A stretch of DNA of 64,000 nucleotides from a virus (lineage: Duplodnaviria; Heunggongvirae; Uroviricota; Caudoviricetes): the IMG/VR virus record IMGVR_UViG_3300042890_002891, positions 32,001-96,000 of that record. One strand, written 5' to 3'. The notes under the pieces were generated by a model. That model was not told the DNA's origin. It saw only the letters and a program-made list of their open reading frames with translations, and did not search any database. The translations under genes were made by a program, and so were the position numbers. Below are positions 50,456 through 57,516 of this stretch, in pieces (positions within the stretch are counted from its first letter, which is position 1; each line of letters starts with the position of its first letter).

Positions 50456-51940
50456 TTACCTAAATGTTGGCAAATACTTCTCATCCGTAACTAGTTCAAG
50501 TAATCTTCTTTTGTATTCTGATAGAAACTTATGGGGAGGAGTAGGTTCTTTTTCATAAAAGAGACTACCTGTGTTACTTTGCAGATCATTATATTTTTCA
50601 ATGAGTCGTTGAGCTTGGAAAAAATTCATTTGGTCATTTTCCCATATTACAAAATTATGATGTGGTGCGTTGGGCATTTCGCGGTATCCAAATTTTGCAT
50701 AATCTTTGGTGATACTGCTTTCAAATACTGCGCCGTTTGCTTTTTTACCAATTATTAATGGTCTAAAGGCGAACGAGTCTAATTTTATTTCACGTGTACT
50801 CAACGCCTTCAGAGTGCGCTCAGCTGATTTAATTGTTTCGTAAGGAGTTCCAATTATAAAACTGCCATGCAGATTCATGTCATGGTATGTTTCTTTAATG
50901 GTTGATATCATTGCAATTTGTTTTTCTCTATTATAGCCTTTACCAACAGCTTGTCCACTTTTTCTATCCAACGTTTCTATACCAAAAAACATTGATCTTA
51001 CTCCAATATCGTATAACATATGAATAGTTTCGGGATGAGTGCAAATCAAATCTAATCTTGCATAACACCAGAACTCAGGTTTAAATGGCAACGATACTAT
51101 CATGTCTCTTAACTGCACAAGTTTTTCAACTGAATCGTTGAAAGTGTCATCTACTATCATGTAAATACAAATTCCATGATTGTTATAATTATGCAATAGT
51201 TCTTGTTTCAGTGTGGCAGCATCTTTAATAAAATCTAGTTTGGTCTTACCGTTCATAGGGTACGAACAAAATGCACAGCTGAATATGCATCCTCTGCCAA
51301 TTTCGATAGGTAATCTGGTATGATTCACAACGTCTTCAGCACACCATGTCATGGTATCCTTTGAAAATTCGTATCCTTCTGCAAGCACATTGTTGATGAT
51401 AATCTTGTTGTTGTTGATATTTTTATAGCTATTTTTTAATACAACACCGTGTTTTATGTGATCAACCAAATTTACTATGTTTGCTTCAGCGTATCCCAGC
51501 ACCAGGAAATCAGCATACTTGCATCGTAATTCTGGTCGTACTATCGTACCTCCTGCGACAATTTTTATTGCAGCATTCAACTTGTTGATGTGTGCAAACA
51601 CTTGATCATCAAAATCTGCTCCTTGCGGAAATAAATTAAAATTTTGTCCATGAATATTAGAATTAGATCCAGCCGTCGGCCCAGTTGCAACACTTGTAAT
51701 CAAATCATAGAATGTGGTGCTAAACCCTATCATGCATGTGTCTGACCCTACGGCACGATTTAATAATGTATAAATTTCATCAATAGTAAACTCGGACACA
51801 TGATTCACTACTAAACAAGAATACCCACTGGCACGCAGAGTATTTGCTAACTTGTATGCGCCAATAGCAGGAATAAATACTGAGTCATTAGGATTTCTGC
51901 GAACTATATCAGTAAAAAGAATAACATTAAAATTTGGCAT
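50456..51940 (-). CDS. B12-binding-domain radical SAM protein
   Basis: IEIGRGCIFSCAFC, DDTFN, FFGIETL, SFIIG.P.ET. Confidence 0.85.
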   Translation of the reverse strand: MPNFNVILFTDIVRRNPNDSVFIPAIGAYKLANTLRASGYSCLVVNHVSEFTIDEIYTLLNRAVGSDTCMIGFSTTFYDLITSVATGPTAGSNSNIHGQNFNLFPQGADFDDQVFAHINKLNAAIKIVAGGTIVRPELRCKYADFLVLGYAEANIVNLVDHIKHGVVLKNSYKNINNNKIIINNVLAEGYEFSKDTMTWCAEDVVNHTRLPIEIGRGCIFSCAFCSYPMNGKTKLDFIKDAATLKQELLHNYNNHGICIYMIVDDTFNDSVEKLVQLRDMIVSLPFKPEFWCYARLDLICTHPETIHMLYDIGVRSMFFGIETLDRKSGQAVGKGYNREKQIAMISTIKETYHDMNLHGSFIIGTPYETIKSAERTLKALSTREIKLDSFAFRPLIIGKKANGAVFESSITKDYAKFGYREMPNAPHHNFVIWENDQMNFFQAQRLIEKYNDLQSNTGSLFYEKEPTPPHKFLSEYKRRLLELVTDEKYLPTFR

Positions 51941-52007
51941 AATTGATCAATGCTGTATCAGGTGACAGCATAATTTTCATAATTGTTCCTTTAAACTATT
52001 TATATAG

Positions 52008-52081
52008 TGGTGCCCCACGACAGAATCGAACTGCCATCACAGGATTACAAAACCAGTGTACTGCCATTGTACTAGTAGGGC
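52008..52081 (-). tRNA. tRNA-Thr(TGT)
   Basis: Cloverleaf with two U.U mismatches in anticodon stem, CCA. Confidence 0.8.
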
Positions 52082-52136
52082 GAAAAAGAACAGTTCAGGG
52101 ACCTAACTTCTTAAGATGAAGAGTATGAACTATATT

Positions 52137-52215
52137 TGGCTCCGCATCTGGGGTTCGAACCCAGCTAATCATTGATTAACAGTCAAGTCCGTGCACCTAG
52201 CTCGGATTCTGCGGA
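52137..52215 (-). tRNA. tRNA-Asn(GTT)
   Basis: Cloverleaf, G73-CCA. Confidence 0.9.
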
Positions 52216-52224
52216 ATAAATTGT

Positions 52225-52314
52225 TGGCGGAACGAAAGAGACTCGAACTCTTAAAGCGGCTTTCACCACTCGACGGATTAGCAATCCGCTCCAATACCAT
52301 TATGGGACCGTTCC
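52225..52314 (-). tRNA. tRNA-Ser(GCT)
   Basis: Long variable arm, CCA. Confidence 0.93.
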
Positions 52315-52430
52315 AGGAAAATACTTAGCAGCATTGTGCTCTGCTAGAAAAATTTAACGTGGAGCCTTTCACTTGCCACGATTGGTACATCAAAGTACTT
52401 GAAGGTTACACCCAACCTCTAAGAGTGACT

Positions 52431-52519
52431 TGGTGGAAGTGGTAGGATTCGAACCTACAACGTTTCTTATGTGGCGGATTTACAGTCCGTTGCCTTCAAC
52501 CAATTCGGCACACACTTCC
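52431..52519 (-). tRNA. tRNA-Tyr(GTA)
   Basis: Long variable arm, CCA. Confidence 0.93.
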
Positions 52520-52525
52520 TAATAA

Positions 52526-52600
52526 TGGTGGAGGATAGGAGAATCGAACTCCTGACTGAAGCTTGCAAAGCTACTGCGTTCCCAATTACGCCAATCCCCC
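52526..52600 (-). tRNA. tRNA-Ala(TGC)
   Basis: G3.U70, CCA. Confidence 0.93.
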
Positions 52601-52607
52601 GTTATCT

Positions 52608-52684
52608 TGGTCGGTCCTGACGGATTTGAACCGCCAACTTCTAGTTTCGAAGACTAGCACTCTATCCAGTTGAGTTAAGGACCG
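52608..52684 (-). tRNA. tRNA-Arg(TCG)
   Basis: Cloverleaf, CCA. Confidence 0.92.
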
Positions 52685-52689
52685 ATATC

Positions 52690-52764
52690 TGGCGTACCCC
52701 CAAGGACTCGAACCCTGACTTAACGGTGTTGGAGACCGTTGTGCTGCCATTACACTAGAGATAC
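52690..52764 (-). tRNA. tRNA-Trp(CCA)
   Basis: Cloverleaf, CCA. Confidence 0.92.
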
Positions 52765-52989
52765 AAAATTTCTACACACTGTCTGCGGCATCACAGCCCT
52801 GATCAGCTCAATGTGTGTATCGAAGCACTCTTCATGGATGGACCCACGTGTCTCCCGACGGATAGAGAGTGCTTCGATACGCTGTAATTTTTCATCTCAC
52901 AAAAGAGACTCTATCCTACAGGCCGCCCATTTGCCCATGTTTTGAGTGCGGGTCAGGATCTCGTTTCCTATACACACTATCTAACGCTG

Positions 52990-53024
52990 AAAAGAAAAAA
53001 CCCTGGAGTTTTTAGTTCCAGGGT
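52990..53024 (-). terminator. Attenuator terminator 2
   Basis: ACCCTGGA-9 nt-TCCAGGGT-TTTTTCTTTT. Confidence 0.85.
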
Positions 53025-53051
53025 CTTTTGAATTTGCGGATGTTAACTTAG

Positions 53052-53180
53052 TTACTCATCACACCTCTCAAGAGATCCCGGAACGCCTGGAATACTATTC
53101 ATGCGACCATACGCATGTGACCAGGCGGATACCTGGGTAAACATGGGTTTCGTCAACAGTGAACAGAGAGTTGTTTTCAT
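53052..53180 (-). CDS. Putative attenuator leader peptide 2 (MKTTLCSLLTKPMFTQVSAWSHAYGRMNSIPGVPGSLERCDE)
   Basis: Between a consensus promoter and a terminator; 3' codons contain an antiterminator arm. Confidence 0.7.
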   Translation of the reverse strand: MKTTLCSLLTKPMFTQVSAWSHAYGRMNSIPGVPGSLERCDE

Positions 53181-53190
53181 CTTAAATCCT

Positions 53191-53219
53191 ATTATACTTT
53201 ATTTATCATTTGATGTCAA
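53191..53219 (-). promoter_or_regulatory. Consensus sigma70 promoter with embedded TAAATA late box
   Basis: TTGACA-tcaaatgaTAAATAaag-TATAAT. Confidence 0.85.
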
Positions 53220-53266
53220 CCACCAAAGATAACTTCGTGTGAAGTATTTATACTTCACGGCCAAAA

Positions 53267-53340
53267 TGGTTGCGGGTGACAGATTTGAACTGCCGATGCT
53301 CCTGGCTTATGAGACCGGAGTGGTGACCACCCTACCCGCT
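53267..53340 (-). tRNA. tRNA-Met(CAT), initiator-like, reduced D-arm
   Basis: 1:72 mismatch, GCGGG acceptor, A73-CCA. Confidence 0.78.
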
Positions 53341-53362
53341 AAATTATTTATCCTATGCGTGT

Positions 53363-53391
53363 ATTATACAACACATTTGATTTGTTGTCAA
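53363..53391 (-). promoter_or_regulatory. Consensus sigma70 promoter for tRNA-Met
   Basis: TTGACA-17-TATAAT. Confidence 0.8.
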
Positions 53392-53633
53392 CCAGGTTTG
53401 GATAAGCTGATCATGTGACTGCCATACGTTTAAAAGTGTTGCCACCTTCCTGAGCATGAGTTGACTGTGACTATCAGTCTCGTACCTTTAAACGTCAGAG
53501 GTTCAGGATTTAATCGTTGTCCCTGGCAGTTGGGCCCATCGTCAATGAGTTTTTCCGCCACATGATCTGCTTAAACTGTAATTATCTGTTTGCTGTAGTG
53601 CAACCATATAAATAATTCACAACGGAGTCATAC

Positions 53634-54341
53634 ATGGAATACAAAACAATTTATCGTGGCAAAGAACTTCCTTTTGCGGATTATTTTGAAAGCAAAAAAG
53701 CCGGTCTGGTAGCAGAATTTCTAGCACAGTATCCTGACTTCTCTAGCACAGAAGTGCTGAACAATTCAGAGATCATGCAAAACAAGATCACTGCCAAAAT
53801 TTCTACCACCCAGGGCAGAGGCACTGCTTGGAAATTGCTACAGGTCAAAGGCAACTACTACGGTGAGCCTCCTTACTATGGTTCACAACCCTTTGAAGAA
53901 TCAAAGTCGAAATTTCCAACCATGATAAGCATCATTGATTATTTTGGATTTGATAATCTTGGCAGCGTGACCTATTCTGTACTGGAAGCCAACGGCATCA
54001 TTGCCAGACACACAGGACCTGAAAATCGTGCAGGTAAATTTATTCGTTGCCACATACCTTTGATTGTACCCGAAGGTGATCTGGGTATGGAGATCAACGG
54101 AGAAGTAGTTGACTGGAGTGAATCCTTTGGATTCAACAATCAAATCATACACAGTGTCTGGAACAACACTGATTATCGTAGACTGGTATTGATGATTGAT
54201 ATAAAACGCTCGTACATTGGGTTGCCTGATGCGCCTCCGTGGACAGAAGAAACAAATGCTGATGCAGTTCCTTTTGAAAAGACTCACAACAAAGTGACAT
54301 ATGGCCCTCAAGAGATTATACCAGCAGTGAACTTGAGATAA
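53634..54341 (+). CDS. Aspartyl/asparaginyl beta-hydroxylase domain protein, copy 1
   Basis: I.RHTG, IRCHIPLIVP, FNN..IHS.WN.TD.RRLVLMID; TATAAATA at 53607-53614. Confidence 0.85.
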   Translation: MEYKTIYRGKELPFADYFESKKAGLVAEFLAQYPDFSSTEVLNNSEIMQNKITAKISTTQGRGTAWKLLQVKGNYYGEPPYYGSQPFEESKSKFPTMISIIDYFGFDNLGSVTYSVLEANGIIARHTGPENRAGKFIRCHIPLIVPEGDLGMEINGEVVDWSESFGFNNQIIHSVWNNTDYRRLVLMIDIKRSYIGLPDAPPWTEETNADAVPFEKTHNKVTYGPQEIIPAVNLR

Positions 54342-54350
54342 CTCTGTAGT

Positions 54351-55028
54351 ATGAAACTCCAAACAATTTATCGTGGCAAAGAACTTCCTTTCGTGGATTT
54401 TTTTGAAAGCAAAAAAGAAGATCTCATAAAAGAATTTCTAGTACAATATCCTGAATTCCACAGTATCGAGCCGTTGCATAATTTAGACCTCTTGCAAAAC
54501 AAGATCACAGGGGCATTGGGCAATAGAACCCACCCTGGATCTCCTTGGGAAATATTGCAAATCAAAGGTACTTATTTTGGCGAACCTCCATATTATGGCT
54601 CACAACCCTTTGAAGAATCAAAGGCAAAATTTCCAACAGCAACAAGTATTATTGATTATTTTGGATTTAGTGTCGTTCGGTCAATTTCGTATTCGGTTCT
54701 GGAACCGCACAGTACCATAGCCAGACACTGGGACCATGAAAATCATGAAGGCAAATTCATACGTGTTCATGTACCCTTGATTGTGCCCCATGGTGATCTG
54801 GGCTTAGAGGTCAATGGGGAAGTGGTTGATTGGAGTGAATCCTTTGGCTTCAACAACCTAAGATTACACAGCGCCTGGAACTTCACGGACCATCGTAGAC
54901 TGATATTATTACTTGATCTAGAACGCTTGCATCTGGGGTTGCCTGATGAGCCATCCTGGTCCGAAACAACCAATGCTGATACCGTACCCTTTCCCAAGAC
55001 ACCTGTTTTTTTATCAAAGCGCAATTGA
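54351..55028 (+). CDS. Aspartyl/asparaginyl beta-hydroxylase domain protein, copy 2
   Basis: Tandem paralogue; RHWD, IRVHVPLIVP, LHSAWN. Confidence 0.85.
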   Translation: MKLQTIYRGKELPFVDFFESKKEDLIKEFLVQYPEFHSIEPLHNLDLLQNKITGALGNRTHPGSPWEILQIKGTYFGEPPYYGSQPFEESKAKFPTATSIIDYFGFSVVRSISYSVLEPHSTIARHWDHENHEGKFIRVHVPLIVPHGDLGLEVNGEVVDWSESFGFNNLRLHSAWNFTDHRRLILLLDLERLHLGLPDEPSWSETTNADTVPFPKTPVFLSKRN

Positions 55029-55035
55029 TCTAAAC

Positions 55036-55127
55036 TGGTACCAGCGGAGAGGATCGAACTCTCTCAAGAACGCTAATCTGGCGCTAAAAGGTGTATAAGA
55101 CCTCTCTGACTACCAAGTCTCGCTGGC
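55036..55127 (-). tRNA. Unusual tRNA with TAT anticodon (Ile AUA), long variable arm, 4-nt D-loop
   Basis: 7-bp acceptor, GAGGT-CTTATAC-ACCTT, canonical T-arm, CCA. Confidence 0.8.
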
Positions 55128-55132
55128 ATGCA

Positions 55133-55206
55133 TGGAGCGGGATAAGAGAATCGAACTCTTGACTGGAGATTGGAAATCTCTAATTTTGCCATTAAACTAA
55201 TCCCGC
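55133..55206 (-). tRNA. tRNA-Gly(TCC)
   Basis: Cloverleaf, U73-CCA. Confidence 0.93.
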
Positions 55207-55216
55207 ATGAATTGAA

Positions 55217-55439
55217 TTTGAGAGCCTACGCCGCGTTTATCGTAGATTTATTCAGGACTTACCGGCCGCCTAGCCTGACCTCGAGCACGATGGATATCAC
55301 TTGGGCTCCGTCCAGTACAGTCCCCATTACGGACCTCCGCAGTTGCCCGCGGGTGGGAGTTGAACCCATTAACCTTTTACTGCTTTGGTCCTTCGAAGAA
55401 ACCTAGACAGCGTGACTTCACTTGCTGACACTCTCAAAA
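55217..55439 (-). ncRNA. Candidate structured RNA (~220 nt)
   Basis: Closing stem TTTGAGAG/CTCTCAAA, T-loop GGG-TTCAACT-CCC, several hairpins. Confidence 0.5.
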
Positions 55440-55637
55440 CTAAAAATGTAGTAGGCTGAGACATAACTCAATTGGTTTGCGCTTCGATGTTTAACGCCAT
55501 TAAAGGATCCGCAACGCCATTTACTCCGGCACCAGGCCGGAACTACAAAAAAGGTTGAGCAGCAGAGGACTTGCACCTCACAGTAACTAGTATAGGAGAC
55601 TTCCGTCTCTACTGCATCTATGCTCTACTCATAAAAT

Positions 55638-55718
55638 TGGTGGACCCCGTCGGTACTTCGCCGCACTCCTAGTTCAGTAACGTTACTTCTGAACCAACGC
55701 ATCTCACGTTGAGAGCCC
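55638..55718 (-). ncRNA. tRNA-like RNA with G3.U70 and CCA but no normal anticodon arm
   Basis: GGGCTCT/GGGGTCC-A-CCA. Confidence 0.55.
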
Positions 55719-55783
55719 ATAAACTAATCAAGGGCTTGTAGACCAAACTACAATTTACCGGTTTCTAGACGAACCCCTAAACT

Positions 55784-55859
55784 TGGTGGGCTATCGAGGA
55801 CTCAAACCTCGCAACATCTCTATGTCAAAGAGACAGGATTTCCAATCACTCTAAAGCCT
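55784..55859 (-). tRNA. tRNA-Val(GAC), degenerate
   Basis: Good anticodon and T arms, mismatched acceptor, CCA. Confidence 0.6.
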
Positions 55860-55865
55860 ATTATT

Positions 55866-55979
55866 TGGTGGAGACAGCCTACACACATGCACTACACACC
55901 TGTGCCGTCCACTTTATCCGCTGGTCTCAGCAGTCGCGCCGTTCTAGCAGCGCCTTGCACAAGATCAGTTTCAGTCTCC
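55866..55979 (-). ncRNA. CCA-ended non-cloverleaf RNA (114 nt)
   Basis: GGAGAC/GTCTCC-A-CCA. Confidence 0.5.
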
Positions 55980-55985
55980 GAAAAT

Positions 55986-56156
55986 TGGTGATTAGTGCTG
56001 CTGCGACACAGCGACATCCCCGGAGCGAGAGCGTAGGAACTGAATCTACGGGTTTAGCACCTCCGGGGTCGAACAGTCAGGACAACTACTGGTACCGTAC
56101 TTGCTGACACTTGTTCAAGGTGTGTCGCGTTTTTGTACTTTCATTTCCAACTAACC
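55986..56156 (-). ncRNA. CCA-ended structured RNA (171 nt)
   Basis: GGTTAGT/ACTAATC-A-CCA; internal GCGACAC/GTGTCGC and CCCCGGAG/CTCCGGGG helices. Confidence 0.55.
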
Positions 56157-56629
56157 ATATAGAAACACACTCAAAACTGCTGTTAAACCCTTGCAGGGGC
56201 ATGCCTAGTTAAAAAATGTGTTCTTATATGGCTGGCAATGTTATGAGGGCTCTTACCCCATCGTTGTTTGTATAGGCTGCGCGACCTATACATCCCGGAC
56301 ACACTCCCTGACCCGGCAATGCTTACTTTGTGGCTCTTGCTTTCCACTTGATTCTGATCATATAGAAACACACTAGAGTTTTACGATAAACTACGCTCCT
56401 GAGTTTCTGCTCAGGACCCCATAGGTCTGCCTATGTTTCTAATGTGTTTTTATATAACAAAATAGTGAACAGGATTTGCACCTGTGCCCACAGCCTGTTG
56501 ACAAGACTGCACTCTCCTACTAATCTACCACCATATAGGAACACACTGGCACTCAATTGTCAATTGCAGAGCATAATAATTCTACGCCCTATGAGTTACG
56601 CATACTCTTCCAATGTGTTTTTATATGGT
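56153..56629 (-). repeat. Three copies of a conserved-stem/variable-loop hairpin (56153-56233, 56359-56457, 56530-56629)
   Basis: TATA(A)RAACACATT ... AGTGTGTTYCTATATG on the minus strand. Confidence 0.75.
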
Positions 56630-56688
56630 ATAGTAAAAACGTAATGGTTACGATTCCATTGCTACTTGATCATGTAGCCGATTTTGTT

Positions 56689-56763
56689 TGGCGCCACGGA
56701 CGGGAATCGAACCCGTCTTGGTCGGATAGACAATCCGTTGCCCTCCCAGAGAGCTACCGTGGC
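56689..56763 (-). tRNA. tRNA-Asp(GTC)
   Basis: Cloverleaf, G73-CCA. Confidence 0.9.
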
Positions 56764-56769
56764 AAAACT

Positions 56770-56844
56770 TGGTAGAGCATAGCGGAGTCGAACCGCTCTT
56801 AGTGGACTGAAAACCCACTGTCCTAACCGATAGACGAATGCTCC
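56770..56844 (-). tRNA. tRNA-Glu(TTC)
   Basis: Cloverleaf, CCA. Confidence 0.9.
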
Positions 56845-57122
56845 ACTATATGAAAACACACTTATTCAGGAACGTGCTGATCAAACACAAGAGAGCTACT
56901 CTTGTGCCCATCCGCTGTCATTACTGTCCACATGTTCCGCCGCTTGTCCAGATCAACTGATTTCTCAGTGAGAGCCTATTTCATGCCAGCGAGGGAGTAG
57001 CCTGCTAAGGCGGGGTTCAAACCCATAATCCTGATTCACTTGCCTAACGGTGTGGATAACCTGTATAACTGTGCTTACATATAGTGCCCAGAACCAAATC
57101 TGGGTACACTATACAAAATCAA

Positions 57123-57310
57123 ATTTTTAACGAACTCTTCACACTGTGTCAATGCACTGTGCTGCTTTCTAACTAGTCTCTAGTATAACATGTTATGCAA
57201 TACTGGTCAACCTGTTTTGCAAATGCCCCGCTGTAGTGTAGGGTCTTTGCAAAATCTGCTGTTCTCCTGTCTCTTGTGTGTATTATAGCACTAGACTGAA
57301 TAAGAGTCAA
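57123..57310 (-). promoter_or_regulatory. Tandem sigma70 promoters plus boxA-like element heading the ncRNA/tRNA operon
   Basis: TTGACT-17-TATAAT (57310-57282), TTGACC-17-TATACT (57210-57182), GTTCGTTAAAAAT (57135-57123). Confidence 0.7.
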
Positions 57311-57317
57311 CCGCCAT

Positions 57318-57340
57318 AAAAAAACCCGCTTGCTGCGGGT
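57318..57340 (-). terminator. Attenuator terminator 1
   Basis: ACCCGC-AGCAA-GCGGGT-TTTTTT. Confidence 0.85.
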
Positions 57341-57366
57341 CTTTGAAGGATGCGTTTTTGATCACA

Positions 57367-57456
57367 TCAACAAAGACCCAGGCTCCCGTCACGCTCATAG
57401 GCCATCCCCGAATCAATTGTCGGTATGACTGCTGAGAGGATAGTGAGCCGGTTCAT
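57367..57456 (-). CDS. Putative attenuator leader peptide 1 (MNRLTILSAVIPTIDSGMAYERDGSLGLC)
   Basis: TAGACT-17-TATACT-6-ATG; last codons carry GGGTCTTTG, complementary to the terminator foot. Confidence 0.7.
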   Translation of the reverse strand: MNRLTILSAVIPTIDSGMAYERDGSLGLC

Positions 57457-57516
57457 AAGTGTAGTATATATGCCTTTGCGACAAAAGTCTATTATTTTGG
57501 CAAAATTTGTGGTGGT

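Noticed and set aside
51927-51980. 17-codon ORF MKIMLSPDTALINYAKF after TATAAATA and RBS
   Set aside because: Out of frame with the radical SAM gene; probably a remnant of a displaced gene or a coupling peptide; no further evidence
56462-56532. Opal-suppressor or Sec tRNA (TCA could be read in a 7-nt loop)
   Set aside because: No U33, weak acceptor stem, no CCA; at best a decayed tRNA-like unit
56153-56629. CRISPR array
   Set aside because: Repeats are the two arms of hairpins with irregular spacing and imperfect identity; no cas genes in the window
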